The translations under genes and the position numbers were made by a program. Below, piece by piece: positions 1 through 11,990 of a stretch of DNA of 64,000 bases (the stretch's first letter is position 1; every line of letters begins with the position of its first letter). The notes beneath the pieces are model-generated. The model made no database searches. It saw nothing but the letters and a program-made list of their open reading frames with translations, and was not told the origin of the DNA. Source of the DNA: Guillardia theta CCMP2712 (Eukaryota > Protista > Cryptophyta); NCBI RefSeq assembly GCF_000315625.1, contig NW_005434487.1, positions 1 through 64,000 on the forward strand, in the 5' to 3' direction.

Positions 1-50
1 ATCATCATCATCATCATCTCCATCATCATCATCATCATCATCTCCATCAT

Positions 51-94
<44 letters not shown>

Positions 95-114
95 CCACCA
101 CCACCACCACCACC

Positions 115-171
<57 letters not shown>

Positions 172-172
172 T
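1..172. repeat. (CAT)n/(CAC)n compound microsatellite inside an intron
   Basis: Direct reading; followed by a pyrimidine tract and a CAG acceptor at 310-312. Confidence 0.95.
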
Positions 173-312
173 CCATTTTGCTTCGTCTATTCCTACTTCC
201 CCCCATCTTTCACATCCTCTTCTCTTCTTTCTCATTTTCTCCTCCTCTGCTCTCTTTTTCTCCGTTCGTCTCTCCGTTGTTTCCCTTCTACTTCTGACCC
301 TCATCGCACCAG

Positions 313-1282
<970 letters not shown>

Positions 1283-1366
1283 GACAACAGCTTTAATTCA
1301 ACAAGGGCACCAAACTCCTCCTCCTCCTCCTCCTCCTCCTCCTCTTCCTCCTCCGCACTCCACTGC

Positions 1367-1515
1367 TCATCGTCGATCCACGAGCTCCTGACCTGTTCCC
1401 GCCATTCTCATCCTCCCGCACAACCCGCATCCTCCTCACCTGCTGCCTCAGCACGAAGAGCGTCCAGCGCCTTTGTGAACGCCCAGATGGCAACCGCTGC
1501 GAGAAAATCTCAATC

Positions 1516-1598
<83 letters not shown>

Positions 1599-1651
1599 TG
1601 CTCCTGCTGCTCCTGCTGCTGCTGCTCCTGCTCCTGCTGCTGCTCCTGCTG

Positions 1652-1693
<42 letters not shown>

Positions 1694-2902
1694 TCTTCTT
1701 TCCTTCATTCTCTTTCCCCTCCTCTCCCCATCCCTCCTCCTCGCTGCCCCCTCCCCTCCTCTCTCGCTCTCTATCCTCACCAGGACTCCAAATCACCATC
1801 CAGCTGAGAAGGTTCTGTATCTGAGCCCAGTTTGCGCCCGGGTACAGGAAGCCCTGCAGAGACTTCAGCTTCCCCTCAACTCTCAGACAAGACTGACCGA
1901 AATGAGAATGTTGACTGGGACTGCCAGGATGAGAAACATGGTAGCGGAGATCTGCGGGAGGGTCAAGGGAGGAGAGGAGAGGAGAGGAGAGGAGAGGAGA
2001 CAGAGGAAGGAGACAGAGGAAGAGGGGAGAGAGACGAAGGGGGAGGGAGAGCACAACGTTAGAGAGGGAGAAAAGCGGAAAAGGACAGAGGAGGAACAAG
2101 CCCTTGTGAGGGTTGGTTGGATGGGGAGAAAGGGGAGGATGAGAGGGAGATAGAGGAGACCAGAAGAGGAGGAGGAGGATGGGGAGGGCAGAACGAGGAG
2201 TAGGAGAAAGAGAGCAGCAGCGGGAGGAGGATGGGGAAAAGGAGGAGGAGGAGGGGCGGGGGGGTAGGGAGGGAGGAACCTTGAAGATGTCGGTATGGTA
2301 GACATCCTGTGCTAGATAGGCAGCAAGACCGATAAGAGGGCTCCAGATAGCCGCGAGCTTGAGCAGCCCAACTACTTGCTTGCGCATCTCCTCGCTACTG
2401 GCGCCCTCCTTCCACTTCTCGTAGGGCAGGTACTCGCCGACCAGCTTGTGCTCGCCTCCTTCTCCTTGACGCTGGATCAGCACAAAATGAGGAGAAGGAG
2501 GAGAGGCGGCAAACCTTCCTCTGACGCCAGCACGTACAACTGGTCTGACCTCCCTCTCAGCAACCCCTCCTGCAACCCCTCCTGCCCTGCCGTCGTCCTC
2601 TGAAGGGAGAGATCATGGGCAGACGCAGCAGGCGGCTGCGAGGAGGAGAGGAGGAGAGGAGCAATGCAGGCAACTGCCATCGTCTTGAGGCCCTGCTGCA
2701 TATTGCCGGTCGACTTCCTGTCCTGCTGCGAACCGGGCCGGAGCTGGCAGACAGGTCCAGTTGCAGACCTGTGCGGAGCGCTTCCCTCCCTCCTTGTGCC
2801 GAGGAGGGAGAGCCGATGAGCGGCTCCTGAGGAGAGCATGAAGCCTGATGATGGCACCATGCTGCATGATGCGACGAGCAAGAGGAGCTTGCACGAGAAC
2901 AT
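1367..2902 (-). CDS. Putative nucleus-encoded plastid (thylakoid) membrane protein, ~6 exons
   Basis: Signal peptide MFSCKLLLLVASCSMVPSSG|F, Ser/Arg-rich transit region, second hydrophobic segment ending AASA|HD; spliced TM segments LLKLAAIWSPLIGLAAY, ISATMFLILAVPVNILISGFL, LLSWMVIWSPAVAIWAF; last exon choice (GQELVDRR*) less certain. Confidence 0.65.
1517..1692. repeat. (CTG)n/(CTCCTG)n intronic microsatellite
   Basis: Direct reading. Confidence 0.95.
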
Positions 2903-3289
2903 TTTCCTTCTTCAAACGAGGCATGTCAGGAGAAGAACAGGGAGAAACAGAGAAGTTATTTGCAAATCAGTTGCTCACAGCTAACAGTTGATGATTAGGA
3001 TCTTATTCCTCCTCCTTCGACAAAGACCGATAGAGAAGTTTATCGTCCTGCAATGAAAATCATAAAAACCCATGATCGTCTAGACAAGCCATCGCAGTTT
3101 GGTCGCCAACTTATCAATCCTTCTCATCTGCTTCATCTTCATCTTCCTGGCATCGCATCTTACTGCTTCGTTCTACGTATTCTGCCATCATCGCCTCTTC
3201 TGTTTAACCCTGCCGCCCACTCGCTCCTGTTTGCCTCTGCTCTCCCGGCTCGGCCATGGCGGGGTCCTGTAAAAGAAGTTTGTTTTTCG

Positions 3290-4420
3290 TCCGAGACAAT
3301 TTTAAGATTATATATGTTATTGTTTACTTCTACCAACAATCAACTATATAAAGTTTTAGTTTGTACATGTCCATTAATAAAGTACTGAATATTTGTGGTA
3401 AATGTATATAAATCAATACTAACGGATGCCATAGGAGAGCCGTAAAACTTGGTATCATCGCCCCCTTTTACAATCAATTTGTAAAAAACCTCCTCGATCG
3501 GGGCACAGTAGCCCGGGGCCCGGCACTCAGAGCCGGGAGCGGGCCGGGCCCGGTGCCGCCACTGCGCCGCGTGCCTGGCAGTGCCCGGCGCCGGGTCATG
3601 TTGACCCGTGACTCCGGCTAGAGTCCCGGAAATCCAGCAGTGAAGAGCCGGGGTTGATCACGTTGTCACGTCTCTCGTCACGTCACCGGAAGTCACGTCC
3701 CCCTCCCCACCAAGTCAGGGAGGTTACCCCGGCCCCATTCTACTGACCGTCCCGGCTGAGGTACCCACCGGTGGAGGGAAATGTCCTATAGGTGGGGTAC
3801 AAGTTCTATGTGACGAAGCGAAAGGAAGGGGGTGGTATGTGGAAAGAAGGGGGTAGTCAAACCTCACTAGGGGGTAGGGGTTATCCAACTTGACCATGTC
3901 CCCCGTATACGTAGAAAGGATCATTATTCGATGACCACCCCTTGGAAACTCTGACCCCCTACCCTTCATTTCTGATCAATTAGATGGTCTACAACGGGGT
4001 ACTGGAGTTCAGATGGGGGTGGGTCTACCTACGACAAGTCCTTCAAGCTATATCCCTTACCCCCATCCCCCAGTCAGCGCATTCAATAACCCCCACCCTC
4101 TTTTGTACGTCATAGTACCCCTATATTTACATGTGAAAGTCATGACAGGAAGTACCCCCACCCCGACATTATCTCTGTCAGGTACAGTTTTCACCCCTTC
4201 ACTGAGCAGCCTACCTACCCCCACCCACCCCTTTTTAACCTCTAGATTTACCCCTGTTGGAATTGTAGTCAGCAAGCGATGACCCCACCCCTCTAACAAT
4301 AAAAAATCAATGGTGAAACAGGGGTACTTGATCATAGTTCCATGTCAGACCCCATGACACACCACCCCTTGTTGCATGCGGAAAAGTACCCTACCCCAAG
4401 GTAGTTGCGTCCCCCCGATC
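3290..4420. promoter_or_regulatory. Divergent intergenic cassette 1: AT-rich block, GC-rich CCGG/GGCAC palindromic block, TCACGT cluster, ACCCC array
   Basis: Lies between heads of the minus gene (2902) and plus gene (4902); composition blocks seen directly; regulatory role inferred. Confidence 0.5.
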
Positions 4421-4665
4421 CCAAAGCAGATGGAATGTAGCAGTAGCAAGACTGGGGAAGTGGACAAGGAGCAGGAGGAGGAGAAACTTACGAGGCCGAG
4501 GAAGCAGGACGAGAAGTCTATGGGGGAGGGAGCGATGGCAAGATGAGATAAAGCTGGGATGAGGAGAGTATCGTGAAGGTATGACAAGTCATTGGGGGCA
4601 GAAACGGTATGGTAGAATTTCTTGCGAACGATATACTCTGTCTCATATTGTTGACATGTTTGCAA

Positions 4666-4757
4666 GAGAGAGAGAGAGTGAGCGAGCGAGCGAGCGAGCG
4701 AGCGAGTGAGTGAGTGAGTGAGTGAGTGAGTGAGTGAGTGAGAGGGAGGGAGGGAGA
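4666..4757. repeat. Compound (GA)/(GAGC)/(GAGT)/(GGGA) microsatellite
   Basis: Direct reading. Confidence 0.9.
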
Positions 4758-4901
4758 TGAATAGATAGAAAATTGATTCAGTCGGCTGCCTGGTGCTGAT
4801 TCTCTCGCAGGTATTGAAGTCATCTGTTAGCAATAAGGAAAGTTTTCGGCGAGCAGCGAAATTGAGGCATCGAGCCAAAGCGGCGGCATCAACCACACGG
4901 A

Positions 4902-7900
4902 ATGTCCACCTACGCTGACATCGTCAACGTGTGCGGGCCAGAAGATGTAAGATTGCCTCCTCCCCTTTGCTTCTTACTCTGATCTGGATGCGACGCAGAA
5001 TGGCGGGCTAGTGCGCGAATCGTCGCTGCACATCCTCGTCGACGAGGGGGACACGTCCTCTCCCGACGGGGAGGCGGAGGAGTCCTCCAAGACCCCCTTG
5101 ACCATGAACGACATCCTCACGCCGGGCATTGCGCGCCGAGCTTCCCAGCAAGACGTCATGTCGCAGGCTCGCAAGCTGGCGGGCCATGGGCAGGGCCCCT
5201 GCTACGTGGCAGTGCGGGAGGTGTCGGTGGTAGGGCAAGCGAACCTGTCCAGCAACGAGTTCGCGACAGTAGGGAGCGCTGTGCTGGGGATGCTGAAGGG
5301 GTTGACCCTGCAGCGGCAGAAGCAGATTATGAAGCCCGTCCTCACCAAGATCGACACGGCGTTCGCTCCAGGCAAAATGTGCCTCGTCCTCGGCCCCCCG
5401 CACAGCGGCAAGTCAAGCATGCTCAAGTCTATCGCCGACATCCTCGACTCGAGCCTCGACCTCAGCGGAAGCGTGAGCTTCAACGGTGTCCATCCCGCTC
5501 GTTGCATTCTGCCGCGGATAGTCTCGTACACCCCCCAGGTGGACAACCACACGGCAGTGCTGACAGTGAGGGAGACGCTTGACTTTGCCTTCGACTGCAC
5601 CTGCTCCAAGTTCGTGCACGAGGTCGCCAAGAAGAACGGGCTGAACCTGTTGGAAGCGAAGCACATGGGAATCAACCCAAGGAACCGGGTCGACGTCGTG
5701 CTGCACTACTTGGGTCTCGAGCACTGCAAGGACACAGTGGCGGGCGATGGGACCTTGAGGGGGCTGTCAGGAGGAGAGAAGAAGCGACTGACGATAGCAG
5801 AAAAGCTGGTGGGAACTCCCATGGTCCACTGCATGGACGAGATCACCACTGGGCTGGACTCGTCGGCAGCCTTCGACATCATCGAGACGATCCGCAACTA
5901 CTGTCAGATCTTCAACAACACCACCATCATCTCCCTCCTCCAGCCCACTCCGGATGTTGTCAACCTCTTCGATGAGGTGCTGGTGCTGGGGGAGGAAGGG
6001 ACGCTGGTGTACCACGGGCCCGTGGCTGAAGCTCGAGGCTACTTCAACGACGTGCTCGGCTTCTCCTGCCCGGCCTCCGTCCCGCTCGCAGACTTCCTGG
6101 TGTTTGCGTGCACCGATGAGGCGAGGAACTTCTGGGACGACAGCAAGGAGAACGAGCCGCCGACCTGCAGGGAGATGAGCGACAAGTGGAAGAGATCGAA
6201 GCTGAACCACACCTACATCCTTCCTCGCTTCCAGCTGGCCGCCGAGGCTGGGCGGGACCCGCAAAACAACCCAGTGAACATGAAGCCCTGGACTGATGTG
6301 TACGGGGCTTCCTTTTCTACCTTGCTGCGGGCGACATTGACCAGGGCGGTCAAGGTGAAGCTCAAGAACGTGGTGCTGCTGAGAGGAATCTTCATCCAGA
6401 GGGTCGTGCAGTCTGTACTGATCGGGACTATCTTCTGGCAGACGTCCAACGCAGGGCTCAAGATCTCGATGCTCTTCATGCTGGCGTCGATCCTCTCCAT
6501 GAGCAACATGTACATTGTCGACGTGACGGCGGCGAAGAGAGGAGTGTTCTACAAGCACAAGGACTCGGGCTACTTCCCGACATGGTTGTACACGACCTCC
6601 GAGTTCATCGTGGACTTGCCCGTCCAGGTGTTGGAAGTGATCATCATAGGACTCATCACTTTCTTCTTCATCGGGTTCGAACACTCTACCTTCCCCATCT
6701 TCTTCGTCGGCCTCCTCCTCGTCTGCCTCGCCTTCACCAACGTGTTCAAGGCCATCACCGCCCACACCCGCTCCTCCGCCGGCTCTCACGGCATGGCGAT
6801 CGGCTTCGCGGCACTGTGCATGTGCTTCTCAGGGTACATGGTGACCAAGTCGACTATCCCCGACTTCTTCATCTGGATCTACTGGATCGTCCCGACCCCC
6901 TGGATCCTCAAGATCCTGGCCCTCAACGAGTTCAAGTCTCCCGGCAAGGACGGATACTACGACCAGATCGCTCCGGGGACGAGCACGAGGCGGGGAGACG
7001 TCTTTCTGACGTCCTTCTCCATCCCTACCGAGTCCTACTGGATCTGGGTGGGCTGCATCTACATCATCGCCCTCGTCGTCGTCTCGCAGATCGTCTACAC
7101 CCTCGGCCTCCACTACCGCAGGCTCGAGGACGTGAAGCCCTCGGTGGTCAACCAGAGGAGTCGCCCGCACGAGGCGAGGCCCGGCAAGGCCGAGCTCGAC
7201 TCGGAGATGCGGCTAAACCTGAGGGGAGGGCAGCAGCACAGCAGCAACTCGGGCGCCTTCGCTGTCCTTGAGGGCGTCAGGCACAGGCCTCCCGTTGTCA
7301 CCGTCCTGCTCAAGAACCTCGGGTACTCGGTGGAGGTAGAGCAGAGCACGGAAGCAGGGAAGGTGAAGCAGACGAAGCAGCTGATCAACCAGGTCAACGC
7401 TGTGTTCGAGGCTGGGAAGATCACGGCGCTCATGGGAGCGTCGGGCGCGGGCAAGACGACGCTCATGGATGTGATAGCAGGGAGGAAAACGTACGGGAGC
7501 ATCACGGGAGAGATCCTCATCAACGGCTACCCCCAGGACCTCAAGACGTTCGCCCGTATCAGCGGCTACGTCGAGCAGACTGATATCCATCTCCCTGCTC
7601 AGACTGTGAGGCTCCTCCCTTCACTTTCTACCCTTCCTCCTTGGTCTTCCTTCCTGCCTCCCTCCCTCTCTAACTCGCTCTCGCTCGCTCCTCCTTCTCT
7701 TCCTCCCTCGTTCTCCTTCCGTCCTTTTCTCCTTCTCATTTCTCTCTTCCTGCTCCTGCTCCTCGTACTGTTCCTCCTGCTCCTCCTCCTCCTCCTCCTC
7801 CTCCTCCTCTTCCCACCTCTTCCCTCCACCTCCTCTTCCTCTTCTTCCTCCTCCTCCATCCTCTACTCACTCGCGCTGGCAGGTGCTGGAGGCCCTTCGA

Positions 7901-9586
7901 TTCTCTGCAGTGCATCGGCTGCCTCGGGAGATGACGTGCAGGGAGCGGGAGGACGTCGTGCAGGCGGTGGTGGACCTGGTGGAGCTACACCCCATCCTCA
8001 ACAAGATGATCGGAGTAGCAGGAGCAGGACTGTCAGTGGAGCAGATGAAGAGGGTAACGATAGCCGTGGAGATGGCAGCCAACCCCAGCGTCCTCTTCCT
8101 CGACGAGCCCACGTCCGGCCTCGACACCCGCGCTGCTCGGGTGGTGATCCGGGTGATCAGAAGGATAGCAGCAGCAGGAAGGACGGTGATCTGCACGGTC
8201 CACCAGCCATCGCAGGAGATCTTTTCCATGTTCGACAACCTGCTGCTGCTCAAGAAGGGAGGATGGGTCGTCTACAACGGGGACATGGGCCCTGAGGAGC
8301 CCAACGGGCTGGACGGGCACGCCTACCACACGTCGGGGAACATGATCCGATACTTTGAAGCGATCTCGCCGGTCAAGTGCGAGGCAGGGGACAACCCGGC
8401 AGAGTACATGCTAGACGTAATCGGTGCTGGGATCAACAACGATGGGCCGCACGAGGAGATCGACTTTGCGGCTCACTACCAGCAGTCGGAGATGGAGAGG
8501 AGAGTGCTGGAGAAGATCGAGAACCTGGTGCCGGGGCAGGAGATCAAGTTCGAGCACACGTTTGCTGCTCCTCTGTCGAAGCAGCTCTACTTCTCCGCGA
8601 GGCGCTGGATCGCGTGCTACTGGAGGACGGTAGGATACAACTTCAACAGGATCCTCGTCGTCACCATCATCGCCTTCCTCTTCTCCCTCAACATCACCCA
8701 CCTCGACCTCGGCAAGGTGTCAACCCAGTCAGACCTGCAGTCCTACAACGGTATCCTCTTCGCCGGTGTCTTCTTCACCTGCGCCGTCCAGACCGGCATG
8801 GCAGTTGCGATCATAGGAGACTCGAAGCTTGTGATGTACAAGGAGCTGGCCGCAGGCATGTACAGCCCCTTGAGCTTCATCTTCGGCCTCACCGTCGCCG
8901 AGATCCCCTGGCTAGTCGCCATCGTCTTCCTCCACACCACCGTCTTCTACCCGCTGGCGGGGCTCTGGCCGAGCGCCTACTACATCGCACTCTACTGCAT
9001 CTCGCTCTTCCTCTTCGCCACCACCTTCTGCTTCTGGGGGCAGATGCTCGCCGCTCTCCTCCCCAACACTCAGACGGCCTCGCTGGTGGCAGGGCCGACG
9101 GTGGGGATCATGGTTCTCTTCTGCGGCTTCTTCATGCCTGTCTCCGTCATCCCCTGGCCCTGGAAGCTCTTCTACTACGTCTTCCCAGCTCGCTACGGCC
9201 TCAAGGCCATCATCCCCCGCCAGTTCTACTGCAGCTTGAGCTGCATCGCCGAACGCCAGGACCCTTCCCAGCTCATCTTCTGCAACAGCCCGGGGTTCGC
9301 CGCTCTATCCCTTGCTGACTCGCCATACCTGGCAGACGGGCCAGGTTGCAGCATCATGACGGACAGGACGCAGCAGGTGCAGTACATGCAGGGGAAGGAG
9401 TGGATGCTAAAGAACCTTGGGGACGCGACGCTGTACAGGATGACAGTGTGGGACTACTGGAGCATCACGACCCAGTCCAACGTCGACGACAGCAACTTCT
9501 TCATGCTCATCCTCATCGTCTTCATCGTCGGCTTCAGAACCATCACTTTCCTTGCGCTGAAGCACCTCAAGCACATTAAGCGATGA
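4902..9586 (+). CDS. Full-size ABCG/PDR-type ABC transporter (NBD-TMD-NBD-TMD); exons 4902-4946, 4999-7605, 7883-9586
   Basis: NBD1 GPPHSGKS / LSGGEKKR / CMDEITTGLDS; NBD2 GASGAGKT / LSVEQMKR / FLDEPTSGLD; two multi-TM domains; in-frame GT-AG introns. Confidence 0.95.
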
Positions 9587-9779
9587 AGTAGACGAGCAAG
9601 GAAGCAGGAGAGTCTGTCGAGTGTTTCAACATGTAAATAGAAAAAGTCGTTTGATCCCTTTTCTTCCCTTCCCTCTCTCAGGATTTCACTGAGTTTATTC
9701 GTCATCAATCACGTTCAGCTCAGCGCCTCCTCCGCCATGAAGATGCCCATGGCGGCCCCTTAGCGCCCATGGCGGCCCC

Positions 9780-10285
9780 TCAGTGCCCATGGTTGGGCCT
9801 CTTGTTGGGGTCAGTCCCCTCAGGGTGCTCGCTCTTGCGCTTGTGGTCGGCGTGAGCCCCGTGATGATGATTCCTGCGATCCTCTTGGAGGAACTTCTGG
9901 AAGACCTGATCTGACTTCTTGTAGCACTCCTCGCCCACACGGCCCATCTCTTCCTTCTCGCCTCGGATGGCGATGAGATGCCTACAAGTTCTGCGCTCAT
10001 CCACTTCCGAGATGTTGCGCCAGATCAAGCAAGTGCACGAGTACACGTTGCCGACTTTCTTTAGCTCGTACACTTTCGAGCCTTCATGCAACACTTTTTC
10101 ACCTGGGACCGATGTCAACAGCACAACACTTAAGGTGGTGAAAGACAGGCAACTGGGGCGAGGTGAGAGGAAATAAGAACGTGGAGAGGGGAAGAGAGAA
10201 CAGAGAAAGCTGGGGTACCTCGCTCTAGCCTTGCGCACTTGTCTTGCAGTTTGGCATCCGTGGAAGAATGGTGACCATTCGGACG
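9780..10285 (-). CDS. SWIM-type zinc finger module (exons ~10219-10285 and 9780-~10102), probably the 3' part of the cyclin gene
   Basis: LERGEKVLHEGSKVYELKKVGNVYSCTCLIWRNISEVDERRTCRHLIAIRG: CxC...CxH SWIM pattern. Confidence 0.8.
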
Positions 10286-10536
10286 CTGGTCACGACCAAT
10301 CTTGTTTCAGCATCAACGGATTGATCGCACACCGACGTCCTCATGATCTATCCCACTTCACATGCATCCATACAAGAGGACACAGAGACAGATAACATGG
10401 AGGTCGGGCAAACGCACCTAAAGTTAGGAAGAAACGATTCTAGCAAGGAACAAGGTATATCAAGTGAAACATTAAATCTCTCCCACATGTCATAATCTCG
10501 ACTTTCCTCACGAGGGAGAAAGGCAATGGAAACATT

Positions 10537-11990
10537 TCAGACAAGCAAACGCAACAGCTTTTCAACCATGCTATAAGCACACGTGAATGGGCTTCTATTA
10601 CCGAATGGGTTGGTTGACCAGCCGGCTGTATATCGTAGATTACAGTTGGTCGAACATGAACAAGAGTCAGCCCTCATCAGGCCAACCAAACAAAACTTGC
10701 ACACGAATTTCAACACGAGCAACAAAACAATCATAACCTTGGCTGCCTCCTGGGTTGGAGAAGGCTTCGCCTCCGAAGCTGTTTGGCTACCTCCACCAGT
10801 ACCGACTTCCGTGCTGTTGGCCTGCGCTTGACTTGCAGCTACGTGTGCCTCATCATACAAGTCAAGCAGCTTGTTCTGAACATCTGGAACGGCATCACTC
10901 TCCTGCTGAGAAACAAGGTCGTGGAGAATCACCTTCGATGGATTCCCGCGTAACTTGGGACGAGTCGAACACACACTGTTCCTTCTCTGTTCTTCGGTAC
11001 TTGACCAACTCCTTGATCCATTTCTTCATCTTTTCGATTTGGAACTTGTTGATTTTGAGGGCCAACGCGACGCAGCCAATCGCGATTACACTCCCTTCAT
11101 ATTGTAGCGGAAGCGTAATGGTAGTTGAATCGTTTGCCATAGCATTTGCCCTACAAAGGATATCCTCGCCAAGATCCGTGAGCCGAAAATCGTCACCATC
11201 ATCCTTTGAAGTCAAGCTCCTGGTTTCTTCGGGCTTGCGTTTCTTATCGATGAAATGGATAAAAGACCTCATGTAGGCCACAGGATGATCAACTTTGAAG
11301 TCAAACCCCAAAACCTGTATACTTTCAGCATGGAAAGATTCGCAAATCCGTAGCATACGTGTAGAATTACTCTTTCGCACTGAAGGATGTTGGTACGCAC
11401 AGCCTGGAATCCTTCTGAGTCTTCTTCTATTTCCCACTTTTTGCGCACAACTTGTCCTTGAGCATTGGTTTTCTCTGCAACTTCCCCTGAGATTCATTTC
11501 AGTGACCAGAAAACCAAAATCAGTCCCACAACTAAATCTATGCCTCACCGAAAGGAAGCTTTCCGGATGACAAGTAGTCCAACTTGTTGAGAGCCCAGAT
11601 GAATTGCTTCAAAGGACGGAGACATTCTTCACTCTTGCAGGCCAAGAAGAGGCAAGTAACTCCAACAATCTATTTCGCAGGGTCAAATTTCGCCAGGTGC
11701 GAAGGATGTTTGGATACCTTGGGATTTTGACGACCCTCTGCCATCGATTGAACCATAAAAACTCGATGGAAGAAAACTTTCCCAGAGTTGATCGCACACA
11801 AGGATGCAGGAGGTTTGATAAGCTGTCCTAGCTCAGCAATCAACTTGCATACACTTTTCCTTTTTGTGCGCTCCAGTTCACGCGTCATCTTGTCTTGTCG
11901 CGATGGAGTATTTTCCAACTCGTGTTCGCTGAACAGCCATGGCTTTCTTTCGGTTTCAGTAGCAACTTGTTGAGTCCCTGACTCAGTCAT
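10537..11990 (-). CDS. Transcriptional cyclin (cyclin T/K family), multi-exon
   Basis: WLFSEHELENTPSRQD, KVFFHRVFMVQS, CLFLACKSEE, LGFDFKVDHP, ANDS...LPLQY...IAIGCV cyclin-box motifs; 3' end either stops at 10537 or splices at 10738 to the SWIM exons. Confidence 0.9.

Noticed and set aside
3911-3927. AAGGATCATTA, resembling the 18S rRNA 3' end
   Set aside because: Only ~11 nt match with no surrounding rRNA sequence
3950-4400. CRISPR-like repeat-spacer appearance
   Set aside because: The repeat is only 5-12 nt and variable, the context is eukaryotic and there are no cas genes
7606-7882. Apparent frameshift splitting the ABC transporter into two ORFs
   Set aside because: Explained by a canonical phase-0 GT-AG intron
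5767-9318. Long antisense and alternative-frame ORFs over the ABC transporter (likewise over the IP3R-like gene)
   Set aside because: Expected shadow of GC3-rich codon usage
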